A DNA stretch of 64,000 nt from Anthoceros angustus. Its lineage: Eukaryota > Plantae > Anthocerotophyta. Of this stretch, positions 47,501 to 58,143 are shown piece by piece (position 1 is the first letter of the stretch; each line of letters opens with the position of its first letter). Made by a program: the position numbers and the translations under genes. Under the pieces are notes generated by a model. That model was not told where the DNA came from. It ran no database searches and saw only the letters and a list, made by a program, of their open reading frames with translations. The stretch is from NCBI GenBank assembly GCA_010909165.1, contig VJWM01000186.1, forward strand, positions 372,001 to 436,000, read 5' to 3'.

Positions 47501-49226
47501 AGCAAGCTCTTTTGCCCCTTCACATGGGGGCAGGACCCGGCTCGGTGGGGGCTGCGGTGACCTCCACTCCTTGGGCCACGTCCCTTCGCCCTCCTTCGCC
47601 TCTTGACCTCTTGCCACTCGTGGGCGGGGGAAAGTACCGGCACCTTCGAGGTCTTTGCGTTGGTGGCACCGTCTTCCGCCTCTTGGCTCCGTTGAGTTCG
47701 TCGGGGCTCGGCGGCCGTCGTGGTTGTTGGTCAGCCGGTCTGCGGGCCGCCAGCGCCCTCCGGCATCGGCTCCCTCTGTCGCTCGGAGGGCACCAAAAGG
47801 AGGAAGGGGAATCGCCTCCCAAACTTCCACAGGTGGTGAGGGGTTCGCTCAGGGCGTATGGAGTCAGGAATCCTCCCGGTCGTCCTCCTCCGAGTCGCTT
47901 GGTCTTGAAGGCGACCCCCACCTCAGGCGCCCTTGCACGCTCTACCGCGGGGCCTCCGGCCTTGGGCGCCGCTCAAGCTCTCCCTCCTTGAGCTCGAAAT
48001 GTCCCCATACATGAATCGGTATGGGGTCGGCCCCGATGGCGAGGCTTCTCGCTCCTTAGCTTGCGTGCCTCTGGCCGCAGGCGAAGATAATCCTTCCCAG
48101 TCCGCTCTTCCCATTGGGCGCATGCGAGAATACCAGCGAGTTATCACCAAGGTGATCCACCTTGGTGGCGAGTTCAATGGACAATGATCCGGGCCGCCCT
48201 TACTCGGTCGGCGGATCGGATATCAACCATCCGTTGGTTGTCCGTGCGTTCGAGCCTCGGCATCGCGGCGTGGTGGCCCTATCTTCCCCTTCGCCTTAAG
48301 GGGCTACCACGCCCCTTCTTCCTCCTTGAGCGGTTGTAGGCCATCCTCGGGACCTCAAGGTCCATCGCCTCGAGTCCTCCGGAGGTTCTTGGATCGGACC
48401 TCCTTGTTGATCGCCGGCATCTTCGGGCAAACTCCGGACTAGGTATTGTCAAAGGTCCAGACCATTTGGAACACGTCCGGATGCCACTCACCAATTCCCA
48501 CCCTCCGGCCGGGCCCGAAGTCCGGATAGCGCGGGTCACAATGTTGCGCTCCACGGTCCATGGCTCCCAGACTTCCGTCGGCTTTTGGGTGCCATTGCTT
48601 TCTCCTCCTCTTGTTCTTTGTAGGCTGGCGAGTCCGGCACGATGTTCCTCCTTCGCCGCGCGTTGTTGCTCCAACCTTGGATGCGCGCTCTAAAGTGGCG
48701 CCCAAAAAGCGCGAGCGGATTGCGGGCGCAAGGCTGAGGTATGCGGAGCGCGGCGGGCAGCCTCCCTCCTTGGCGCTTGTGGAAATGCGCTGGGCGGAAG
48801 GCGCCTCTTCGTTGTCCGTGCGCGAGTATGGCCTCGACCCTCGCTTACTGCGGCCTTCGCGCGCCGCGGGCGTGAATACCTGCGGCCTCGGCAGGTTCAG
48901 TCTGGCCTCTGCATGCCCGACCTCCACTCGGGGCCGTCCGTGGCGCCGCCTCGTGCATCCTCACGCCTCCGCTCCTGGGTTACTTTCCACAGGCGTACTT
49001 ATCCTATTTTGACACTGGGTGGGTTCCGGACTTATCCGTTACTCGGCGTGGTCGGAGCTTGCCATAGTGGTCTGCAGGTCCGTTGTTCCTCCAGTCGGAG
49101 TATACTCGAGCCTCGTCGCGCTACCCCAATTTATTCCCCACTTTTCCGCCTTATTTATCCTTCAATCCTAAAAAAAACAGAAACCCTACTTATTTCTTAA
49201 CTCCCCAGGGAAGTGCATAGCCCACA
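44575..49226 (-). repeat. G2 5' LTR (4652 bp, includes a 237-bp internal tandem duplication)
   Basis: Followed on the minus strand by TTT and the PBS. The duplicated unit GGTCTCCACACACATACTCCTAACTACTC occurs at ~44702 and ~44939. Confidence 0.9.
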
Positions 49227-49367
49227 CCCCTTTATGAAGAGTTATGTCTTTTCACTTAGATTAAGTCTAGCCTTTCTTGGTTATTCAATTAATTCACTCT
49301 TATGAACATATATATAATAATGTAATTACTCAATGTAATTGGTCTACACCATTTCCATATTTCGTAA

Positions 49368-49379
49368 TGGTATCAGAGC
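49368..49379 (+). promoter_or_regulatory. C2 PBS, tRNA-iMet (TGGTATCAGAGC)
   Basis: Exact canonical sequence directly after the LTR. Confidence 0.95.
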
Positions 49380-49728
49380 CATGCTAGGTGTAGATTGCAT
49401 TCATGAGAATGCACATTAAATTCTGCACATGAAGATGTGCATATATAAATTTTTATGTTGTTTCTTGATTAGAAAATAGCTTCTAATCAGAAATATAGAA
49501 AATGTTCAAGAAAATAAATTGTGATTTGCTTTCTTGATTTTTATTTAGAAAATTTGCTTTTCTAGGAGTCACTCCTAGTGCACCTGCTGTCAAATTGCTG
49601 CAAAGCAATTTGATATCAGGTACACTAGAACGACTGCCTAAAGAGGCAAAAATTCTTTATAAAAACATATAGAAATTACAATATGCTTCTTGAAGCATTT
49701 CAGAAAACATAAAAATGTTGCCATGTCA

Positions 49729-50298
49729 ATGGCTAATCTACATGGAGGACAGCAATGGCAGCCTCGCCCTGCTGAGCGAGTTCCACAACAGAATCGCGGC
49801 CGGGGAGGCACACAAGTAAACAGGCACAACGTGGCTGGAATTCTCCATCAACTCACCCAAGAATGGATGATTCAGACACAAGATCAACCTATACTTGCGC
49901 TGGAATTAAGGGAGTCTCTCAATACTATAATTGAAACCCTATTTCCTGACCAACGTCACCTTGCATTCGTTCCTCCACCTAGAAATCCTAATCAACTCCC
50001 AGAAATACGTGTACAGCGTGCATTTGATGGAAATGGTCACCCCAGAGGTTTCCTAACCACACATGTCACACCACACACAAGTGTTACACAATTGATTGAT
50101 AGGATTGACGCCCATCAGCAGCATGTCGACAGGAGATTTCAAACAATCAGCTACAAGCTTGCTGCATCTAGTGTTGATATGCGAGACATTATAGAAAAGA
50201 TAGAGCACCTGGATTTTAAACTACTTACCTTGTTGAAGCCTGCATTACTTGCAAACCACAATCGGAGGCCTTTGCATGTAAGCAAAGCAAGCAGATAG
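49729..50298 (+). CDS. Extra ~190-aa ORF between PBS and gag of copia C2 (unknown function, C-terminal heptad-rich helix)
   Basis: Uninterrupted ORF MANLHGGQQWQ...PPRNPNQLPEIRVQRAFDGNGHPRGFLTT...VDMRDIIEKIEHLDFKLLTLLKP. A homologous frame lies upstream of gag in C3. Confidence 0.7.
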   Translation: MANLHGGQQWQPRPAERVPQQNRGRGGTQVNRHNVAGILHQLTQEWMIQTQDQPILALELRESLNTIIETLFPDQRHLAFVPPPRNPNQLPEIRVQRAFDGNGHPRGFLTTHVTPHTSVTQLIDRIDAHQQHVDRRFQTISYKLAASSVDMRDIIEKIEHLDFKLLTLLKPALLANHNRRPLHVSKASR

Positions 50299-50609
50299 TT
50301 TTCACATGTTTAATACTCCAAACTCGTGCCCATCTTGTTCTACATACGCTTTCAATAGATGGGAAAGTAGGAAGCAGAAAATTGAAAAGCGAGTCAATAT
50401 GCAAGTTAACCTACCTCGGTGGCAGACTTGCGACCTCTGAACCCTTGTAGGTTTCTTTGCGGTGGCGGCATACCTAGATGCGACAATAGCATCTTACCCT
50501 AACTCATTACATCACGAATCATCAGCCATTGACTGCAGGATAGGTCGAGCAGTGCATTACACCGTCATAAGCTCCTAACTTTTAGGAAGGGCTAACGTTA
50601 GTCCTAGAC

Positions 50610-53600
50610 ATGGCTGACTCGAACAATTCGAGTATTGATGTATTCAAGGAAAAGGACAGATTTGGGGGGTTAGACTACGACATATGGGTCATGCGAATGC
50701 GTGGAGCATTGCAACATAAGCAGCTTTGGAGAGTGGTGAAGGGTGAAGATAAATACCCTACTACTGTACCTGCAGACTCTTCTCTTTCAGTTGCTGAAAA
50801 GAAGTTGCAGGATACTTGGACACTCAAGGATGAGTCTGCTCAGTACATCATCAGGAGTGGTCTAACCTCTGACATGTTAAGACAAACTTCAGGTTGCAAA
50901 ACTGCAGCTGAGATATGGTCCAGACTAACGGATCTGTATGCTGGAGTTAACACAACATGTCAGATGGCAGCAATCCGCAATCTTCAAAACTGCAAAATGA
51001 GAGATGGGGATACAATCGAGAAACACCTTGGATACTTTAGATCTTTGGTGTCCAAGCTCGAGAGTGCAACACGAACCGATCTCGAACATGCTCATCTTGT
51101 ATTTTGTAATGTCCCTACGACTCGTGGTCACACTTTGTGACATCTTATAATGCCTCACAACTTCAAGGAAAGAAGATTGCAAAGGCTGCAAATGTCACAT
51201 TGCCCCAAACGACATTTTCGAGTTGGTGGGAGCTCTCCTCCGGAGGAAGCTACAAGAGGATCAAACAAGCGTCTTTGGCAAGCGGCGGGCCTTATACACC
51301 AACAACAAAGGAAAGGCGGTAAGCCCAACCCGGTAATACAATATCTCGGTGCTAAGCTCTCAAAAGGCTACTACGGAAGAAGCCCAAGAAGGCTGGAAAG
51401 TGCAACGGTGCCAAATTCCGGTCATTGGGAGGCAGTGTCGTGAAGCGGTAGGAGTACCTAGCAGGAGGCTAACTCCCTTCTCGACACATGTTGTGGTGAC
51501 AAAACAAGGCTCTCCTTGACCCTCACAATAGGGAGCAGGAAGTTTATTCACCCTCTTGCTAACCCCACTTGTCTATCGGCAAATACACAAGGCAAACCCA
51601 TACAAGAGTGGTTCCTTGATACAGTGCCACCATTTGCCATAGAAATGCATTCGTCACTTACAGACTAGTTAAAGATCAGTTTGTTTACCTAGGTGACGAT
51701 AGCTCACTTGTGTCTCCAGGTCAAGGCACAGTAAAGCTTCCAGTTCCTTCAGGCATTACACTTCTCCTTACAGATGTGTACCATGTACCTGAAATGACAA
51801 GGAACCTAATCTCTGTTAGGAAGTTGAACATGGATAATAATTCTCATATCTTATTCACTCCAACAGAATGTAGGATTATCGATGCTTTTGATCATCGTAA
51901 AATCCTAGCTTATGGGTCATCGAGACCATGACCTCTTAAGCACACTCACCTTAGTCATGCCAAAGCCAATTTATCTTCCCGATCGCGAGCAAGCGGAAGA
52001 AAAGGCTCTGTTATGGCATAACGCTTAGGTCACCCTCACAGTGCTAAAAATGCGAGCAACTAGTGACATGATGGGAAAATTGGCGATTGCCACTCTTACC
52101 CCTCAGGCTGTGTGTGTCAAACGCCATCAAGCGAGCCTTCAAGAACAAAGCTCCTCACGGGGCCTCTGAAGTTCTTGAGCTTGTACACACTGACATATGT
52201 GGGCCCTTTTCGCAGCCCTCTATAGGTGGTGGCCGATATTTCCTCACATTCACAGACGACAAGACAAGATTTGTCATTGCTTATATCCTTAAAGCAAAAA
52301 GTGAATGCTTTTCCCTCTTCAAGGACTATCTGAAGCTTGCAGAAAGATGGACAGGGAAACAGTTGAAGACTCTGCGTTCTGATAATGGGGGGGAATTCAC
52401 ATCTAACGAGTTCCAAGCCTATTGCAGGGATGAGGGATAGGCGGAACAACTTCGTGTTTACACCGCGAGCGGTGTCTTGGCGCTTGAACGACTTTGCGAG
52501 ATGCTTTCATCCATGCTTCATCAAGCCTCCTTGCCACTATCCTACTGGGATGAAGCCCTTATGACAGCTGTGTATCTACGCAACAGGTTGCCTACAACTG
52601 CTGTCACAGGGCAAACTCCCTATGAAGCTTTCTATGGCAGAAAACCAGCTATTCTACATCTTCGTACCTTCGGATGCATTGCTTATGCCTTCATCCCTAA
52701 GGCCAAGAGATCTAAGTTAGCTGACAAAGCCCAAAAGCTCCTCATGCTAGGATACACTGAGGGAATCAAAGCCTACAAGCTTTACAACGTACCTCAGAAT
52801 AGGGTTATCTATGCCCGCAGCGTTACCTTTGATGAAAACCGGACTTGGCCGCAAGTGGGAGCTGTTCCCACCTCAGAGGAGGACTTTGACCTATCTGTCC
52901 TGCCAGACGTCACCATTTTTCCTGAACCTGAGGAGATTGCTCCTGCCGGGGGGGAAGAACAACAGCAAAATGACGATCAGCAGGAACATGCAGATGCACA
53001 AGAAGAAAACAATGTTTTTGCTGATGCGTGACCACCTCCTCAAAAATGTAGAACCTTATCCGGACATACGATCCGATCCTGTTTTGGGACGAGGACGAGC
53101 ATGATAGCGATTCGGTGAACCTCATGCTCATCCTTGTTGCAATCCACGGCTGGCCGTTACCCTACAAGAGATAGACGGGCACCAGACTATTATCAGTCAC
53201 AGGACTTTAGAAGAGCAACTGCTAATGCTACCTACCTGGACCCCATTGAACCACAGTCCTATGAGGAAGCACTTCGTCGTCCTGATGCAGCTGAGTGGAA
53301 AAAGGCTATACAATCTGAGTATGATTCACTCATAAAAAACGGGACATGGGAATTAGCCAAGTTACCTCCAGGACGGAAGGTGGTATCTTGTAAATGGGTA
53401 TTCAAATTGAAGGTGAAAGCAGATGGATCTTTCGACAGGTATAAGGCACGACTCGTAGCTCGTGGTTTCTCACAAGTACCTGGTCTGGATTACTTTGAAA
53501 CATATGCTCCCGTGATGAAGCTGGCCACCTTTCGCACAATCTGTGCCCTGGCAGCACATCAGGACTATGAGTTAGACATGTTCGATGTTAAAACAGCGTT

Positions 53601-54824
53601 CTTACATGGCAAGCTAGATCGAAATCTACATGCGGCTGAGATATGAAGTGAAAGGCAAAGAGGATCATGTCCTACGTCTAATCAAAACACTTTATGGCCT
53701 GAAGCAGTCAGCTTTAGAGTGGAATGCAGTCCTTGATGAAGAGTTGCGTGCACTTGGTTTCATCAAATGTGTCTCTGACAGCAGCTTATATGTCTATAGA
53801 TCTGGTGATGTGGTGTGCTATCTCGCAGTATATGTCGATGACCTGATTTTATCCTGCAACAGCCCCACATTCATTACCAAGATCAACAAGTTGCTGGCCA
53901 CCAAATTTGAAATGACAAATCTTGGACCCCTTCATAGCTGTCTGGGAATTCTCATTCAGAGAGATAGAAAAAACAGATCTATATCTCTCACATGACCTAG
54001 ATACATTAGAGTGTTGAGCTTGGGAAGGATGCAAAGCGGCCATTACTCCATACAATTTGAAGTTTAGCAGATCCATGTGTCCTGAAACGCAAAAGGACAT
54101 AGATGAAATGAGATCTGTCCCTTACAGGAAGGGTGTTGGTAAACTTATCTATGCCGCTAATACCACCCGACCTGATGTGGCCTATACTACGAGTGTTCTT
54201 TCTCAATACCTCGAGAACCCTGGACAAACACATTGGACTGGCGTCAAGAGAGTTGTTAGATATCTCAAGGGGACATCAAACATAGGAATTCGGTTCAGAC
54301 ACATACCTGGTATGCCGCTTGAGCTTGATGTTTATACTGACTCCGACTATGCAGGCGACATAGACACACGGAGGTCAGTATCTGGCTATGTTGTCATGGT
54401 GGCTGGTGGGCCCATATGCTGGTCAAGCAAAAAGCAACCTACAGTTGCAACCTCCAGCACAGAAGCTGAATATCGTGTACTGACAGCTGCCGCTAAAGAA
54501 ATAGCTTGGTGCAAGCTAATGTTTAAGGAGCTGGGACTTCCTCTCCCTACTTGCACAACCATCAGAACCGACAACCAAGGGTCCATGAACCTAGCCAAAA
54601 ACCCTGTTTTTCACTCCCGTACTAAGCACGTGGAAGTGGAATACCATTTCATAAGGGATCTTATCAAATCAGGCCAAATTATGCTGGAATACATACCAAC
54701 AGCAGACAACCCGGCAGATTTGTTCACAAAGGCCCTCAGTAGGGACACACACAACAAGCATATGAAAAGTTTGGGCATGGGCAGCCATGAGGGCTACCCA
54801 GTGGCCACAGAAAACCAATCCTAA
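50610..54824 (+). pseudogene. C2 gag-pol, frameshifted
   Basis: Gag FKEKDRFGGLDYDIWVMRMRGAL, integrase LVHTDICGP, LRSDNGGEF and YWDEALMTAVYLRNR, RT WELAKLP, YKARLVARGF, FDVKTAFL, LYGLKQ and YVDD, RNase H YTDSDYAGD, TEAEY, TDNQG and NPADLFTK. Confidence 0.95.
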
Positions 54825-55226
54825 CCTAGCCTACAGGCTAGGTACAGCCCCAATCGTTGCTGTCACTATCATCTGGGTCATTATCGTAGCCTGGTGAAAA
54901 GCTATCAAGAGACCTCCTACTTACAGATTCAGAGGAGTCCGAGATCTTCTCCCATGAAGCGTAACTGTCAGATTTTGGACGAGAAGACCTCTCCACCAGA
55001 GCGAGGGGAGTTCCTCTTCTTTCTCTCCTGGAATGAAACTCTCTCTTTCGTCTCGAGGCTCTCTTCCTCATCCAAGCGATCCTCGGATCCTACAAGGAGC
55101 AGAGCAAGTGGGAGCCATCAGCAAAGGCCAGGATACATGACTGCAAACTTACAGGGGGCTTTAGGAAGTTAGTATAAACCAGAAATGGCAACAGATCACA
55201 TCACTACAAGACAGGACTTCCGTCGA

Positions 55227-55760
55227 TTACATGGTCTTCAAAGTGCAGGCAGTGCGGATGCGCACGGACCATCTTAAGCCCGATGTGAGCACTGTGCAGG
55301 GCAGACTTCTGGGCGGCCGAGTAGGGACAATTCTAGTCTCGGACATAACACCTTTGGGCTTGGGAAACTTTGGAGGCGCAGGAGGATGCGAATCGCATAA
55401 AGCATAGTGGAACTCACCACGTTCGCGCCTGCGTACATCAAATGCTGCTCTGGTGAAAGATTGGCTTACAGGCTGTGGAGGTACAAGGCGGCGAGGTGGA
55501 GCTCCCATTCTCGTTGTGGGCGTTGGGGCCCCCTGATAATCGGCGATGGTAGCTTCGTCGCTCCTCAAGCCTGACTCTTGTTGTGCCCTTCGGCCTTCCC
55601 CTAGGGCGGCCACCTCCAGCAGATGTTGTAGCACCGCCAGTTTCTTGTGCTCCATTTCTCTTTCAGTAGGCGAGGCGATCGTTCTAGTTGCAGGAGCAAA
55701 CCTGCCTAGAGAATCCCTACAGTAGACACGGCGCTTGGCGGTGAAGCAGTCGCGAGACAC
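55227..55760 (-). CDS. Antisense ORF in the 1.2-kb region between C2 RNase H and the PPT (possibly continuing into 54838..55071)
   Basis: 177-aa ORF from the ORF track, with a further 77-aa ORF ending in an acidic tail. No recognisable domain. Confidence 0.35.
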   Translation of the reverse strand: MSRDCFTAKRRVYCRDSLGRFAPATRTIASPTEREMEHKKLAVLQHLLEVAALGEGRRAQQESGLRSDEATIADYQGAPTPTTRMGAPPRRLVPPQPVSQSFTRAAFDVRRRERGEFHYALCDSHPPAPPKFPKPKGVMSETRIVPTRPPRSLPCTVLTSGLRWSVRIRTACTLKTM

Positions 55761-56003
55761 GAGACGAAGACATCGTGTCTAGGAGCTTCGCTCCGGGAGA
55801 ATCGTGTGAGAATGAAGGAGGACGTAAAACAAGCTATTATGCTTATGGCACACACAGAATCGCCTTCACATAGAGTGTTCCATTACGCTCTTATGAAATT
55901 TGGTTGCTGATCAATCTGGTACACACACACTTGAGCTCAGCGGTCTCCACAAGGCGTTCACGGAGAAGAAGGCATCACATGCGTAATGATCAACAAGTGG
56001 GAG

Positions 56004-56235
56004 TATTGAATAGGTGTTGACTCATTAGGGTTTGATATTACCTAGATATATGTGGTGTGTATATAGATTTCAAATTAGCTTACCCTTTCATTAGGTTCGC
56101 CTTTATGAAGAGTTATGTCTTTTCACTTAGATTAAGTCTAGCCTTTCTTGGTTATTCAATTAATTCTCTTATGAACATATATATAATAATGTAATTACTC
56201 AATGTAATTGGTCTACACCATTCCATATTTAGTAA
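56004..56235 (+). repeat. C2 3' LTR (232 bp)
   Basis: Matches 34547-34642 joined to 49227-49367. Confidence 0.92.
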
Positions 56236-57650
56236 CTAGCGAATTACTCGGGGAAGGAGGAGGTGGACCTAGACACGAGGAAAGGGGCAGAGGCATTCGA
56301 GGAGATCTGAGACCACCACGATAAGCGCTCCAAGATTAAAGGGTCGGGGATTTGGAGTAAGCGGTTCCATGTGTATGTAGATGTGTCGCCCGCCATCGGA
56401 GTAGTGCTTTCGGCCAAAAGGCGACAGCGGAGGATCATCCAATCTACTATGCCGAAAGATAGCTCACGCATGCGGGCAGGTACACTACTACGGGCGAGAG
56501 GCGTTGGGAATGGTATATCGGTCAAGAAATTGGGCACTATGCCCAGCAGGTTTGTGTTCTATGTCGATCACTTCGCTCAAGCATCCGGTGAATAAAGCGG
56601 GCACAGTCGGCGGTGCGAGGTGGATTCTGCTGCTCCGGAGTTCACCTTTGAGGTGGAGGCGAGGCAAGGAGGCAACACCAAAATCGACTTCTTGTCGAGT
56701 TGAAGACCTCCCTGCGGATCAGGAGGATGACTTCCCGGACGAGGAATTGGTGGCCACAGTGGAGACACAGGAGGAGGAGCGCAGTCTGAGGAACCCCAAA
56801 CTTGTGGATAGCGTAACCGTAGCAGAAGCGGAGAAGGGGAGCGGACGTAGAGGATGGCCCACCTATCCGGAGTTGGAACGGTACCTGTGGGAGATGGAGA
56901 TTCCAAGCGGGTTAAAGCGTGCCTAGCAATAGGCCTTTGTACACTACGCTCAGCCCTTCAGGATGTACAATGGATGTATCTTCAAGGTGGGACTGGACAG
57001 CGTGGAGCGTAGGTACCTTCAACAGGCGGAAACGGAGGTAGTCATAAAAGGGTTGCATGAAGGTTTGGGTGGTGGACATTATGCAGCACAGGTCACCACC
57101 AAGAAAATCTTGGAGGCGGATCTTTGGTGGCCCACCATGTATGGAAAGCCGCCGGTTGTGAAGAGATGTGATGCTTGTCGTGGATCAGGCCACGATGCAA
57201 TGGCCGCTGGTGCCCAAACTCGCACTGGCACCTTTTGAGAAATGGGGTATCGACTTCATCGGACCTATCTGACCTACTGACGAAGCACACGGAGGTACAT
57301 CCACGGTGGCAGCGGACTCACATGCCGGTGGGTGCGGCGGCGGCAACAAGGGCGAACTGCAAGCACGGTGGCAAAGTTCCTCTATGAGAACATCATCCGC
57401 GCAGTACGGGTGCCGTTGCTGATTAGTGGCGATAGAACTCATTTCCTCAATGATGTGATAAGCGCAATGACGAACTATTCGGTATAACTCATGTGCAAAG
57501 GCAACTTGGCGAAGGCCAATGGGTTACGAGAAGACCAGCGGACTTATCATCGCATCTTGAATAAACTACGGTTAACTATCTTGATTTGGGATACCAGCTA
57601 CCATCGCTATGGGCTTTACGGGCGGAGGAAGGTAACTCATAGCGAACTCC
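56236..57650 (+). mobile_element. G1 RNase H and integrase (continuation after C2)
   Basis: FVFYVDHF, GGHYAAQVTTKKILEADLWWPTM, CDAC, FEKWGIDFIGP, a D..THFLNDV-like block and an LWA.R-like block. No 3' LTR in the window. Confidence 0.88.
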
Positions 57651-58143
57651 GTGTTACTTGAAGAAGGCAAGTGGGGCGACAATGGACTAGCAAACTCCTA
57701 GTCCCAGCTGTAAGAGTGGGGTATTAGCCTTCTTTACCACAACATTGGCGTGTGGTGCCCTCCTTGTGAGGAATTCCACGCTTACTTTTTCTGACACTCT
57801 TTTCCCAATGTCCTGTGACTTGCACTAGTTGCGGTGCACCTTTTTAGTCTTCTTCCGGATGAGGATCCGGCTTTGAGCTACCTCCCTAGGAAGGATTTCC
57901 ACCACCTCCTTTGGAGAAGGATTTCTTGCCTCCTCGCCCTTGATTTGAGGTGTCTGAGGGCTGTTGTTTCCCTGCTTTCTTGTGATTAGTTACGCTTGCC
58001 TCTTCTTGCACATGGAACTCACAAGTTGTGAGAATGACATCTCGGGCATCTCATGCCTTGCTTTAGCCAGCAGTAGCGTATACGTATTTATGTGGGAGGT
58101 CACGAAGTGTGACCAAGACTCGGGAAGCGAAAGAAGGAGCCTC

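Larger units (their letters stand above)
34643..49226 (-). mobile_element. Full-length gypsy element G2 (14.6 kb) with ~4.4-4.65-kb LTRs, inserted in the C2 5' LTR
   Basis: TG...CA termini and flanks GCCCT/CCCCT. LTRs are 34643-39029 and 44575-49226, with PPT GAGAGAAGGGAG at ~39031-39042 and PBS TGGCGCCGGGA at 44561-44571. The internal 5.5 kb encodes gag-PR-RT-RH-INT. Confidence 0.93.
34547..56235 (+). mobile_element. Ty1/copia element C2 (~7.1 kb net), inserted in G1 at the RT/RNase H junction
   Basis: The 5' LTR is split into 34547-34642 and 49227-49367; the 3' LTR is 56004-56235. PBS TGGTATCAGAGC at 49368-49379, PPT AAGTGGGAG before 56004, flanks CTAAC/CTAGC. G1 reading resumes after 56240. 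Confidence 0.92.
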
